Notes: generated by a model from the sequence alone, not told the origin. A DNA stretch of 64,000 bases from Octopus vulgaris (GCA_951406725.2 OX597830.1:49352001-49416000), one strand, 5' to 3'. Shown: positions 43,730 through 57,378, counted from the first letter of the stretch. Numbers and translations are program-made.

Positions 43730-43925
43730 GATTTCAAATTTTGGCACAAGGCCAGTAGGTTCGGGGAAATGGAGTAAGTTGATTACATCGATAGGTATCT
43801 GTTTTATCGACCCCGACATGATGAAAGGCAAAGTCAATGTTGGTGGAATTTGAACTCAGACCGTAAAGACGGACGACATGCCGTTAAGTATTTTGTCCGG
43901 TATAATAACGTCTCTGCCAGCTTGC
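43730..43925 (-). mobile_element. SINE family B
   Basis: ATCGACCCC..ATGAAAGGCAAAGTC..GGAATTTGAACTCAG. Confidence 0.75.
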
Positions 43926-43956
43926 CAATTCCGTTCTTTTTACTAGGCATGGTTAT

Positions 43957-44281
43957 CGCATGGCTCAGTGGTTAGAGCGTCGAGCTTACGATCGTGAGGT
44001 TGTGAGCTCGAATCTCGGACCGGGCTGCGTGTTGTGTTCTTGAGCAAGACACTTTATTTCACGTTGCTCCAGTTCGCTCAGCTGTAGAAATGAGTTGCGA
44101 GGTCACAGGTGCCAAGCTGTATCGGCCTTTGCCTTTCCCTTGGATAACACTGATGGCGTGGAGAGGGGATGAATGGGCAACTGCTGGTCTTCCATAAACC
44201 ACCTTGCCCAGACTTGTGACTAGGAGGGTAACTTTCTAGTTGCAATCCCATAGTCAGTGTCGTGACCGAAGGGGGTCCCCC
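43957..44281 (+). mobile_element. tRNA-derived SINE family D
   Basis: A-box TGGCTCAGTGG, B-box-like GCTCGAATC, then TGTGTTCTTGAGCAAGACACTTT shared with 52170-52478 and 51862-52133. Confidence 0.75.
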
Positions 44282-44498
44282 CAATATTCTTGAGAAACTA
44301 TAGCCGGCACTGATTCTTGTTCCGACTTTTCACATCCGAGATGTCAGATATAAACAAACAATGAGATTGAAGATTAAAAAAGGGCAATGGGCGTATATTC
44401 CATACTTCGGGAGTTTTTCCCCTTCATCAGCACCCATCTAACCCCTTATTCATCCACGAACATATTGCTTAAAGACCCACTAAATACAGCGGATTTAT

Positions 44499-44760
44499 AT
44501 TTGATTTATCCCTTCCCTTGAAATTGCTATCCTTGTGCTAAAACGTAAAGTCAATATTAAAAAGTAAGACCGTATAATACGTAAAATTGGTATATCCAAT
44601 AAGGTTATAACCTTATACATACATACATACATGCATACATAACCGCAAATATAACCTTATTGGATATACCAATTTTACGTATTATACGGTCTTACTTTTT
44701 AATATTGACTTTACGTTTTAGCACAAGGATAGCAATTTCAAGGGAAGGGATAAATCAAAT
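44499..44760. repeat. Perfect inverted repeat, 111-bp arms (44499-44609 and 44650-44760), 40-bp spacer
   Basis: Base-by-base comparison found no mismatch. Confidence 0.9.
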
Positions 44761-44865
44761 TAATCGACCCCAGTATTCAGCTGGTACTTATTTTATCGAC
44801 CATGAAAGGATGAAAGACAAAATCGACCTCGACGGAATTTGAACCGAGAACGTGTAGACAGGCGA
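44700..44865 (-). mobile_element. SINE family B; its tail lies in the right arm of the inverted repeat
   Basis: AATCGACCCCAG..CTGGTACTTATTTTATCGACC..GGAATTTGAAC. Confidence 0.7.
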
Positions 44866-45534
44866 TATTCCATTATGAATTAAGAATAAAACCGTGTATG
44901 GATGTGAGGTAGGGCTGACACAACTGATAGTCATATTCATTTCGCATGGGCAGTTTGGAAAAAGGTTTTTGCTAGAGACTAAACTAAGTACATACTTCAT
45001 TTCCTTAAAACTGTGAGTCCTATCCAAGCGTGCATTTGGCCAAACTTAATTAATGAGTGGTACGTGTTCTCAAGTTTGTGGGTAAAGGCCTAATTATTTC
45101 TGTCCTTAATCTTGTCTTTCTTGCACAGTAGGATATTTGGACATGATGGGGCCGTTTGGAAGTTGGCTCAGACAAATATAAAATGAGACTTTGTTTTTGC
45201 GTAAGGGCTTTTTTAGCCTAGACTGTGTAAGCTTCATTTTCTCAGACATCTTTTAATGACATGTCGCAGACATACTGATTTGAGCCACGTCTCCTTCCTA
45301 ATCGATAATTAAGTGTAACACACAGACACACACACACACACGCACATACACACTACATAGAAACACACGCACGCACACACACACACAAAAACAAACACAC
45401 ACTGACACACATAGACGCATACATATACATACATACATGCAGATAAAAATACACACATATAAAAACATACGAACGGTATTAGAATACTCCTCAAAGACGC
45501 ACAAGCACACGCACAGGTATACACACACACACAC

Positions 45535-45601
<67 letters not shown>

Positions 45602-46860
45602 GTAGAACGGAATATATTTAAAGATATTGTTAATCTGCAATAATATTTCAGGACTTAAAAACTCCTCACACTCTAAGCTCCTAGATAATTTATCAAACGA
45701 TAAAAACTTAAACTGTTAGGCTAATATTAACGACACGTAATCGTATTTTTTAAAAAGAGTTTCCTGTTTGGCATAAGTGCATGAAGATATAAAGGCAGTA
45801 TTCTTCCATTCCAATATTTCTAGCGTGGGTGAATATGTTCCGAGGATTAGTTATAACGTACGAAGATGAAACACTAAAGCGCTAAAAGCTAGGAAAACAT
45901 TGAAATACTTTGAGGAAAGGAACAAGAAAATTATGATTTGATGAAGTTCTTTCACTTTTAGTGTATTTGTCGCAATTGTTTATAATATTTCAGCATGGCG
46001 TACATTTTCCCAAGGCATTTTACTTAATGTCGAGTGCAGTAACATTTTGCTGCAAATCGCAGCGTGTGGTATCATTGAATTTTTCACAAATATCTATTGC
46101 ACAGTAAATGAAGGCGATTGGAATGTGAATCAAGCCCTGGAGTCTTGTTAAACATTCATCAGTTTTACGGTTTTCCGATTTTGTTGACACTCATGTTTAA
46201 ACCATTTATATTTCCTAAAATTTTACACGTCGGTGAACCTGAAATTTACATGTCGTCACCTGGTGCCAAACAAGTAGCTTCTGCATAATATGGTAATAAT
46301 ATTTGATCAGGAAGAACGTGTGGCCAGAGCGCTCTGAAACCACAACTAGCAATCTTATATCTAAAATACTCAAGCTGCATAATTCAGGCCTATGCTTCGA
46401 GAAAAAATGTGATGGTCACGGTTGTAACGCATCTGGCTATAGCTACGCTTCATCAAAAGTGACTTAGACATTGTATAAGCAACAACAGCGACAACAACAA
46501 ATCATCTTGAAAATTGACAAAACAGAAATGTTGCTGGGATACGAACGGAATTTCTTTCAAACTGGCCATACGACGCCATTTTACAAACTTTATCGGCTGC
46601 ACTCGTTCTACAACTCTGCATAAGCACTCGAATATCATTTTCCCTTCCAAAAGAATTACTTCATAAGTATATGGATTCAAAGATTCTATTGAATCAGTTT
46701 GCCGAACCATTCAATGTTCCACCCACGTTCGAGTCATTTTTATCTGCAAAACTCTACGTCCTCGCTTACACCGTTAATGTTTGTTAAAGGTATAATTGAA
46801 TAAATGAATGAATCGTATTGATATCTACTTTAGAGGTTGCTGAAGGAATTTTCTTCGAGA

Positions 46861-46899
<39 letters not shown>

Positions 46900-47616
46900 A
46901 TATATCATATGTATATTATAGGTGTGTGTGCATGCTTTTTTCTTTCACTTTATCATAAAAAATCTTGCATAGTGATCTCACAGTTGGATGGTTTCTAGTT
47001 TCTAACGTTAAGAAATATTTCTTTACTGGTTCCGAAATGTTGCTATTACATAGAACCTTATTTCAGAAGCACTTCACCAAAATTTGTTTTACAAGATATT
47101 GGAAACAAACAGAAAATATTGGCAAGGAATCATGGTCATGTTTTTATATCTTATTTCCACCTGTAATGCTTTAAAATCTTAAAGCATATCGAATAGCTTG
47201 AGCAAGAAAAAGGTGGAAAGCATTGAAGTAGAAACGGTAAACAATACATTAATATGTAATAAATAACAGATGCAAAGAACGATGTTTGGGAACTGGTCAA
47301 CCCTGAGAGATTATTTCCAAAGAATTCCTCAACTGTAAACAGAATTTAACCCATATTTACTCTACCGAATACTTGTTATAAATATTTAAAAGGTACATAG
47401 TTCAACATGAATATCTATCGACATAAATATATGTGCGTGTGTGCGTTTGTTTGTGTGCATGTAATTGTATGCATATATATATATATATATATATATAATA
47501 TCTTTGTATGAAGCTACATGTGTCTTTACGTACTGATGCAAACTCATTCGCATGCACACCAACGTACACACACATGCATACGCACACATATAAATAAATA
47601 AATAAACATATGTATC

Positions 47617-48173
<557 letters not shown>

Positions 48174-48187
48174 CTATATATATATAT

Positions 48188-48270
<83 letters not shown>

Positions 48271-48272
48271 CT

Positions 48273-48737
48273 TTCTACACTAATAGAAACAATAATAGTA
48301 CCGACGGCGGTATTAGTAGAAATCATAATAATAAACACTACCCTAACCTTAGTACAGAATACTCTCAGAACCAAAATAACCACTTTAACCTCAACACACC
48401 TAATCCTGCCCACTGGGAAGAAACTACCCCGCTCTCACAGAATAATCTATGTGACTGCAGGAACAGGAATAATTGTGCCTTCTGTAGAATTAAGGACATT
48501 ATTTATCAATGCACAGTCAACACAAAGTCTAGTAAATTGAGTTATATTGGAACAAGCCCTAATGAAATAAAAGGAAGACTGGGCATGCACCAACATTCTT
48601 TTAGAAACAGAAAAATAATTAATTCGACTGATTTCAGTAGGTACATTTGGGAGCTGAAAGATAATAGCACTGGCTTCACGTTAAATTGGGAGTTCCTCGC
48701 TATTGCACCTTCGTATAATGAAAAAAAAAACTCTTGA
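48273..48737 (+). mobile_element. Penelope-like element GIY-YIG endonuclease remnant
   Basis: Open frame: Asn-rich linker, then LCDCRNRNNC...IIYQCTV...YIGTS...KGRLGMHQHSFR...STDFSRYIWELK...NWE...APSY. Confidence 0.8.
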
Positions 48738-49531
48738 CTCAGTTCAAACACCTGTAAATCGGACACCACAATTAGTTCAGAGCTGTAATTTGCCACTTCA
48801 TCTATAGAGATATAAATAATTGCACATGCAAACTTTCAGCTAGATCAAACAACTACAAGTGGGTCAGAAGCATTACTTATTGAACGTCCCTCGTATGCTC
48901 AAACGGGGTTTGTATGCTCTGTCTACAAATTCACTTCCTTGTATGATATAATATCGTTTCACTTTTATTCTTTCACGTTTAATTCTAATGTTGTAACACT
49001 AAAAATCATCTTCTTTCTATTATATTTGAGACTTTCCCAATATCACCAAACGCATGCTGCAGCACATCAAATGGGGTCACAAGACAGAAGCGAGATGAGA
49101 TTTTCTCAATATCGGCAACTCTGGGGAAAATGTTATAGTGCATGACCATCCTTGGCACATAAGCAATGTGTGTGCAATGTTTGGGGAAAATTGGTTGATA
49201 ACTGTAGAAATGAATACGTACTGCATACACACACACAGACAAACACACACTCAGACACACACACAGACACACACAAACAGCCATCCATATATATATGAAA
49301 ATATACATACATACATATATGTATACACACATACATATATGTATACACACATATATGTATATATATGTGAGGTATACTTGCCATCTCAATATGGTTAACT
49401 ACTAAGAGTGGGTGTTACTGTAGCTTTTAGCCCCAGGAGATCATCGTCTCCAGCTGGCTGTAGGCACACTTTCTGTGCTCTTATGGTATTTGCAAAGGGA
49501 GGTCACCCTTCCCTCGTCAACCTAAGTGATA

Positions 49532-49576
49532 CGCACGGACTTTAGTTTCTAGGTTTTGACCTGTCATCAGCGTACG
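49532..49576 (-). ncRNA. Minimal type I hammerhead ribozyme motif with intact core
   Basis: Minus strand CGTACG-CTGATGA-C-AGGT-CAAA-ACCT-A-GAAA-CT-AA-AG-TC-CGTGCG: 6-bp stem I (one GU), GUC triplet. Confidence 0.7.
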
Positions 49577-49978
49577 ACAATCACCGGTTTTCGATGAAAA
49601 GGTGTTCCAAAGCAAATCCTTATGCTGGAGTGAATTTGGAACCAAGTGATTGGGAAGCATTCTTCTTACCACACAGCCATATACTTATATGGCATTTGAG
49701 GGCATGGCTCTAGAGATGTATTGCTACTATTTCTAACAGCTCTAGCTACCATGTCGCAGCTACATTGCTGGTTCTTTCATAACTTCATAAGAGAAGAGTG
49801 AACTCTGAGACAGATTTACTGCTATTTCTGACTGGTCTTCTCGGCATGTAGATGTCCCACATAACCTCATACATACGCACGTACATACACATAAAATATT
49901 GTACTACATATTTATCAATTCGTTTTGCAAGAATCATGAGTTGAAAGTCACTTTGATGGCATGCGCTGCTCTCTCACT

Positions 49979-50074
49979 AATAATAATGATGATGATGATA
50001 ATAATAATAATAATAATAAAATTAATAATAATAATAATAATATTAATAATAACAATAATAATAATAGTAATAAT

Positions 50075-50140
<66 letters not shown>
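49979..50140. repeat. (AAT)n microsatellite
   Basis: Directly visible. Confidence 0.95.
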
Positions 50141-50144
<4 letters not shown>

Positions 50145-50442
50145 ATGGACGGAGGAATCTCCATGGACGTATGACATTGGAATGTCGGGTAGATAGATCA
50201 GATCTGAAACCAACACGAAGCAAGAATTAAGAATCCGCAAAAACTATAGAAGAAAACATGGAAGCCATGTTATGGTTAATGTAATGAAAGGCAAAGTTGA
50301 CCTCGGCGGAATTTGAACTTAGAACGTAGTGGCTGACAAAATATCGATAGGCATTTCGCATCATCATCCTCATCACCATCATCATCATCATCATCATCAT
50401 CAACAACAACAACAACAACAACAAAAACAATGATAATAACCA

Positions 50443-50650
50443 TTTCCTCTATAAGCACAAAGCTTGACATTGTGCGTGTGTGTGTGTGTGGGGGGGGCTT
50501 GTTGATTACATCGACACCAGTGCGTAACTGGTACTTATTTCATCAATCCCAAAAGGATGAAAGGCGAGGTTGACATCGACGGAATTTGAACTCAGACCTT
50601 AAAGACGGACGAAATGCCACTGAGCATACTTGATGACGGTATGCTTACGA
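50443..50650 (-). mobile_element. SINE family B; a partial copy lies at 50283-50360
   Basis: Shared central domain. Confidence 0.7.
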
Positions 50651-51798
50651 TTCTTAACATTCACGCATAGACACAGAGATCTCTTTGTGCGACTGTATTT
50701 GTGAGCGAGTGTGTGTGGATGTGTGTGAGTTACTGGTTGGTTCATCAGACGTTTCATTCAATCCGACGAATAGCAGCTCTTTTGTTGGGGAAACTCCAGA
50801 CTGATTCAATCAGACCAGTGTGAATTAACGCATAAATGTGGATGTGCATCTGTATATGTATATGTTAGTGTACGTGTCTGTAGGTACAAACGTATATGTG
50901 TTTTATGTCCCCATGTGCTTTGTGTGTGTGTATATATGTGTGTGAGTGTATGTGTGTGTATGTTCTACGTGAATATGTGTTTGTGTCACACTGTATACGT
51001 TTGTGTTTATTCTGTGTATTCGAGGGTATTTGCGCCGATACCTATGCGCGTGCTTTTACATCAGTGTTTATACATGTGTGTGTATGTGTGTGTGTGCAAG
51101 TGTGTGTATGTGTTTAGGCATGTTACATGTGCATATTTCTTGATGCATGCAAGAGTGTTTGTAACGATGTTTAAACGTGCGTCTTTGCATCGATGCTTAT
51201 ACATGTGTGTTTGTGTGTGTGTGTGTCTGTGTGTCTGCGTGCACGTGCACCAATGCGTGAGAGGGCATGTGTGTGTGTGTAATTATGTATACACTTGTCT
51301 GATTTGGAATCAACCCTCACTATGTTTAGAATCTTTTCGAACATTCCAACACAGACTACCGACGATAAATGCAAAAAAAAAAATATTCTTAAACAGAACA
51401 ACAAAAAACTCCCCCAAAACACTCACAAAAAAAAACGTAACACGTTTCGTTGTAGTCTAACGGCGACAGATATTTGATGGGAGATACTATTTGCATCAGC
51501 TCGCATCCTTCACTTGGAATTCAGTTAAAATAAATTCTGGAATTAATTCTACATGAAATTAAATATTAAATTCTATACACTAATTAACTGTTAGTTAATT
51601 TAATGAGTTCCCTGTTAAAATGCTGCTGTACTAGTTGAATTTTTTTTATTCTCTCTGGTGTAACGTAATTATTCCAAGAGAAATTTGAAAATGAAATTGA
51701 AAAATTTTATTTCCTTGATTTACACATCGGTGAAAATTTGATATTTAAATTTTTATTAACTTCAAAATTATTTTTATCATTATATATATATTTATATA

Positions 51799-51861
<63 letters not shown>

Positions 51862-52133
51862 CACGACACGTGATCACATGACTGATCAGATTATCAGATG
51901 CTGTTACACATCGCTGGTCACAATGCGCTAGGCATTGTTTTAGCCTTCAGATGACGCCATACCACTGGCTTGGCGAACAGACCTATACCCCAATCCCCGA
52001 TTTGAAAGTGGGGAGTGGAACAAGGTGAAGTGAAGTGTTTTACTCAAGAGCACAACGCGCCGCCCGGTCTGGGAATCGAACCCACGATCTAGCGCACGTG
52101 AGTGCGACAGCCTAACTACGAGGCCACGTGCCT
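51862..52133 (-). mobile_element. tRNA-derived SINE related to family D
   Basis: Minus-strand head GGCACGTGGCC...GGTTCGATTCCC then TTGTGCTCTTGAGTAAAACACTT. Confidence 0.7.
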
Positions 52134-52169
52134 ACACACACACACACACACACACAAACACACATATTT

Positions 52170-52478
52170 GGGAAAGTGCGTGATTTAGTAGCTAAGATAC
52201 TCGGGTCGTGAGTTCGATTCCCAGTGATGTGTTGTGTTTTTGAGTAAGACACTTTATCTCACATTGCTTCAGTCCACTCAGCTGGTAAAAACCAGGTGTA
52301 CACCTAATTGAAAGGGCCAGCCTTGTCATGTTCTGTTTCTCAGCGAATCTTATGAGAACTGCGCTAAAGGTCCGGGTGTCCGTGGAGTACTCAATCACTT
52401 GCAGGTTAATTTTACAAGCTGGTTTTTCCGTTGATCGGATCAACTGAGATACACCTCCTCGTAACCGACGGAGTGCCA
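52170..52478 (+). mobile_element. tRNA-derived SINE related to family D
   Basis: GAGTTCGATTCCC B-box then TGTGTTTTTGAGTAAGACACTTTAT. Confidence 0.65.
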
Positions 52479-52823
52479 TAAAGGGGGTATATATATATAT
52501 ATATGTATATGTTTACATATATGTGGGTATATACATAAGCACACATGCGCGTTCATATCTATAAGTTACGGAGATGTGAACAAACCAACACCGGCTACTT
52601 AAACCAGCACCAGTTGTTAAGCGGGATCTCGGATCTCGTTTAGCGCTGTAGGTACGTTCCTGAAAGTTCCGCGCGAGAAAACCACCTTGCACACATAAGG
52701 ATACTGCTTAGAAGGGCGACTGTTGACAATAAAACCAAACTACATGAAGGTGATAGGTATCGCCAAATGAGTGAGAAATCCAGTAACCTCCATCCACGTA
52801 GTAACTTTAAAAATCTTACATAT

Positions 52824-53245
52824 AGGCACAGGAGTGGCTGTGTGGTAAGTAGCTCGCTAACCAACTACATGGTTCCGGGTTCAGTCCCACTGCGTGTCAT
52901 CTTGGGCAAGTGTCTTCTGCTATAGCTCCGGGCCGACCAATGCCTTGTGAGTGGATTTGGTAGACGGAAACTGAAAGAAGCCTGTCGTATATATGTATAT
53001 ATATATATATATGTGTGTGTGTGTTTGTGTGTCTGTGTTTGTCCCCCCAAGCATTGCTTGACAAACGATGCTGGTGTGTTTACGTCCCCGTCACTTAGCG
53101 GTTTGGCAAAAGAGACCGATAAAATAAGTACTGGGCTTACAAAGAATAAGTCCCGGGATCGATTTGCTCGACTAAAGGAAGGCGGTGCTCCAGCATGGCC
53201 GCAGTCAAATGACTGAAACAAGTAAAAGAGTAAAGAGTAAAAGAG
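52824..53245 (+). mobile_element. SINE family C (full length)
   Basis: Near-identical to the 5281 and 14193 copies. Confidence 0.85.
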
Positions 53246-53844
53246 TATTCTCAAGTTACATCATGTGCCTAAAAGTCATTAAGGAAATGAGAATGAAATA
53301 AATAGAATGAAACAGATTTGAACTTAAGAAGCCTATATTTCACTTCTATTGATAGACGTATGCATATACATATGTACGTACGTAGATCGAATTACGGAAA
53401 AAAATAAACCTGAGTGTGTGTATTAGTCTGTGTGTCTGTAACTGTGCGTATTAGTACCTGCTTGTTTGTGCATATTTGTTAATAATTTATAATTCGTTAC
53501 AAAACACCCACACACCCACACAAACAGTCTGGTTGTTGGCGAAATTTATGAAGTTTTAGGATATGACGTTCGGATCAACTTAGTTCAGTTTGGTTCAATT
53601 GACAGTCTTATTGCAAAACATGTCACAGTGAAACATTGTTTGATTGGAGGTTTAAGGTCAGACATTATTGAATACTTTGGGAGAGGAATTAACGAATTAA
53701 GTGGACATCTCTTGAAGCATGTCAAGTTGAGAATAAAGCATGGCATCCGTAAAAACTGATCTACATCTCTTTCTTAAAAGCGCTCCATCTCTCTCACTCT
53801 CTTCCCATTATTTCTTTGTCTGTCTGTCTACCTCTCTTTCTCTG

Positions 53845-54263
53845 TCTCTCTCTCTCTCTCTTCCCTGTCAGTGTCTCTTCTCTCTCTCTTCCTTGTCAGT
53901 GTCTCTCTTTTCTCTCTCTCTCTCTCTTCCTTGTCAGTGTCTCTCTCTTCTCTCTCTCTCTCTTCCTTGTCAGTGTCTCTCTCTTCTCTCTCTCTCTTCC
54001 TTGTTAGTGTCTCTCTTCTCTCTCTCTCTCTCTCTCTTCCTTGTCAGTGTCTCTCTTTTCTCTCTCGCTCTCTGTTCCTTGTCAGTGTCTCTCTCTTCTC
54101 TCTCTCTCTCCCTTCCTTGTCAGTGTCTCTCTCTTCTCTCTCTCTCTCTCTTCTTTGTCAGTGTCTCTCTCTTCTCTCTCTCTCTCTCTTCCTTGTCAGT
54201 GTCTCTCTTCTCTCTCTCTCTCTTCCTTGTCAGTGTCTCTCTCTTCTCTTCTCTCTCTCTCTC
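53845..54263. repeat. Minisatellite of 11 units of TTCCTTGTCAGTGT plus (CT)n, period about 28-40 bp
   Basis: Cores near 53863, 53891, 53929, 53965, 53999, 54039, 54077, 54115, 54153, 54191 and 54225. Confidence 0.9.
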
Positions 54264-54489
54264 TACTTCATACCAAAGTTCTAATCATAGCTGTACTTCT
54301 TTCATACTATATTCTTACCTATTACGCAAATGATATATATTTGATTGGCCAAAATTCTCCGTTCGCTTTTTAAGCTAAAATAGAACAAGGTTTTAGAGCA
54401 AAGCTATTTGCTCAACCAATGATATAATTACCGTTTCGTTTCAATAATTTCTGCTATCTTGTGTGCAGATCCATCGAATCTGAAGAAAC

Positions 54490-54640
54490 ATCTGGAAATT
54501 AGAAACACACTACAATCTAGGCATTACTTGGAACTGCAAGGATATTGCGTGAAGTAGTTTGTCTGAGGTCCATGTTGTGATTTAACAGACAGTACAAACA
54601 CCCAGTAGAACCAATATCTTCTACCAACTTCATCATAATA
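54490..54640 (+). mobile_element. R4/Dong-like LINE extreme 3' remnant
   Basis: ALLGTARILREVV followed by a short 3' UTR. Confidence 0.6.
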
Positions 54641-54641
54641 T

Positions 54642-55194
54642 TGGATACTGCACAACAGGCAGTGGCTCTCATGGCTTCTAATCTTAACTGATTGAAAGTG
54701 TTATCATGTACATTGTTTTGTCTTTGTATGAAAGATGGGCTACAGCAAATATTCTGCTCAATACCACAGATTTGCTTGTCAGTTGTTTGACTTTAACCAG
54801 TTGAGCATGTCCCTTAGTGGCTGAAGATGTGTGCATCTCTGATCACGAGCAGAAGTAGTGGGGGAGCATCATAGCCATGTGTCGAGAGGGATTCTTTGGG
54901 GTTTGAATAATTCATCTCTGGAAACATGGGTGGTTCTTTCGACATCCTTAAACAACCCTTATTCAAGGACCTTTTGAGCGGGATGGGTTACTCGTCTAGA
55001 AGAAAATTCTAACTGGGCCCCACCCGCAAGGTCATGTGCTGTTTATCTTGATATGAGATCACCATGTCGCGCCCATATAGTTGTGATGCATGTGCCTAGT
55101 GTACCCTTATCAGACAGGTAGTCATGATGGGTATACTGGGCTTCGTATTTTTTACACCTGTGTCACTTTGATGGCATGCACTGGTCTCTCACTC
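54642..55194 (+). mobile_element. Repeat family A, longest copy, with (AAT)n tail
   Basis: Its 3' part matches 1-327. Confidence 0.8.
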
Positions 55195-55250
<56 letters not shown>

Positions 55251-55251
<1 letters not shown>

Positions 55252-57300
55252 TGCTCATAAACAGAATGATTGTAGAGGATTGCCGGAGCAAAAAACCTGA
55301 GTATGGCATGGATAGACTACAGGAAAGCGTTTGACAGTGTCCCACATAAATGGATACTCAAGGCCCTTGAGATATACAAGATCTCTCCTGTCGTCTCCAA
55401 ATCCTTACAGAATAGCATGACCATGTGGAACACACGTCTCTTTCTAAGCCATAGTAATGGGATGAGCCAGTTCAACAGCATCAACATCAAACGAGGCATC
55501 TTTCAAGGTGACTCCTTCTCTCCATTACTTTTTTGCATGACACTGATCCCACTCTGGGTACAAATTTTTAGTAAGTCAACAAACCATCTTTTCTATATGG
55601 ACGACCTAAAGCTGTTTGCCAAGAATGACCAAGAGCTAGAAGGGCTGCTAACAGCTGTTAAAGAGTTTAGCAATGATATCGGAATGGATTTTGACCTTGA
55701 TAAGTGTGCTAAAGCAACTTTTGTAAGAGGCAAGTTCAGGCAAACAGCTTCTGTTAAATTAGATATTGACACTACCATTAAGAAACTTGACCCACAAGAA
55801 AGTTACAAATACCTAGGAATCAACGAAGGAGATGGTATACATCATGCTACTATGAAGGAAAAAATAAGAAAGGAATACTATAGGAGAATAAGACTTGTAC
55901 TGAAGACTGAACTCTACTCCAAAAATTGCATTGTGACCATTAACACCCTGGCACTTCCAGTAGTCCAGTACAGTTTTAATATCATTAACTGGAACCTTAC
56001 GGAACTCCAACGCTTGGACAGGAAGACAAGAAAATTACTGACATCCAAGAACATGCACCACCCTAAGGCAGATGTAGACCGCCTGTACCTACCTAGAAAT
56101 AGCGGGGGTAGAGGAATGATGCAATTAGAGCTGTGCTATAAGACCTCCACTGTAGGAATGAACAGGTACCTATCTAGTACAAAGGACTGGATGCTGCGAC
56201 TTGTGTGTGAACACGAAAGCAGCAAAAAGCTGCATTCTATTGTCAAGGAAGCTTATAAGTTCGAAAGTGAACTAGACATTGACCTTGAATCAGATGAAGA
56301 GCCGGAAACCACAGCTACCAAGCAAGCAAAGCGAAGCGAGTCAAGCAGACTGCAAAAAAGAACGGGCAGGAATCAAATTGAGAGGCGGTGGAGCCAGAAG
56401 CCCCTGCATGGACAATATATTCTCCGAAGCCAAAGACCAAGCAACAACCCATCAGTGGCTGAAGAGTTCAGGATTGAAAGCAGAGACTGAAGGCTTCATA
56501 CTGGCAGCACAAGATCAAAGCTTGTTTACCAGAAATTACCAGGCTAACGTTCTCTGAAACGGTACTGACGCTAAATGCAGATTCTGCGACACATTTGACG
56601 AAACAATAGACCATCTCGTTTCGGGATGTCCTGTGCTGACACCAAACGAATACAAAAATCGCCACGATAGGCTAGGACAGTATATGCATTGGAAGGTATG
56701 TAAACACTACAAATTCGGCTCTCCTGCTAACTGGTATGAACACCATCCTCAGCCAGTTGTTGAAGGTAAAAATGTCACCATCCTCTGGGATTTTCCAGTC
56801 AACACTGACAGAACGATCAAGGCTAATCGACCAGACATAATTGTTAAAGACAGGGAAGAAAATACCTGCAGACTAAAAGAAGTAAACGTCCCCATTGATA
56901 AAAATATATCTGCAAAGGAATTTGACAAACTTAGTAAATATAAGGACCTGGAAATCGAAATACAAAAGATGTGGAATCTTAAAACAAAAACTGTTCTTGT
57001 TATTGTAGGTGCCCTAGGTATGATAAAAAAGGGATGTCAGAAACACCGAGACAATATCCCTGGAGAACTATGTCGCAAGGAAATCCAAAAGATTGTGCTA
57101 ACAAGTACTGCCCACATCCTTAGAAAAACCCTATCAATGTAAATGTTTGTGTTGTATTATGGAGATATGGAGATATTTCTCTACTTCCCTTACCCAAGCT
57201 TTCAGCTATATTTCAACAACTCTTAACCTTCACTTGCCCTAGGGCGCTGGGTGTGCCCCGGCAAGTGATTGCATCAAACATGCAGATTAAAAGTAAATGA
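55251..57300 (+). mobile_element. 5'-truncated R4/Dong-like LINE (RT, CCHC, restriction-like endonuclease), pseudogenised
   Basis: IDYRKAFDSVPH, GIFQGDSFSPLLF, FYMDDLKLF, YKYLGI; frameshift near 56425; stop at 56555-56557; CRFC...HLVSGC; RHD...NRPD...KLSKYKDL; ORF stop at 57142; (TAA)n on both sides. Confidence 0.93.
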
Positions 57301-57301
57301 C

Positions 57302-57355
<54 letters not shown>

Positions 57356-57378
57356 TATTATTATTATTATTATTATTA

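Noticed and set aside
43957-44030. tRNA-like sequences (also near 7991 and 52060-52133)
   Set aside because: They are SINE heads that run into repeat bodies; no convincing acceptor stem or terminator.
50735-50765. CTGATGA and GAAAC close together on the minus strand
   Set aside because: The order and spacing cannot form hammerhead stems.
53740-54373. 197-aa Ser/Leu ORF and a CRISPR-like look
   Set aside because: Minisatellite translation; the spacers are (CT)n rather than unique; eukaryotic context with no cas genes.
55303-56490. 395-aa ORF as a functional gene
   Set aside because: It is a 5'-truncated LINE RT with a frameshift and a downstream stop.
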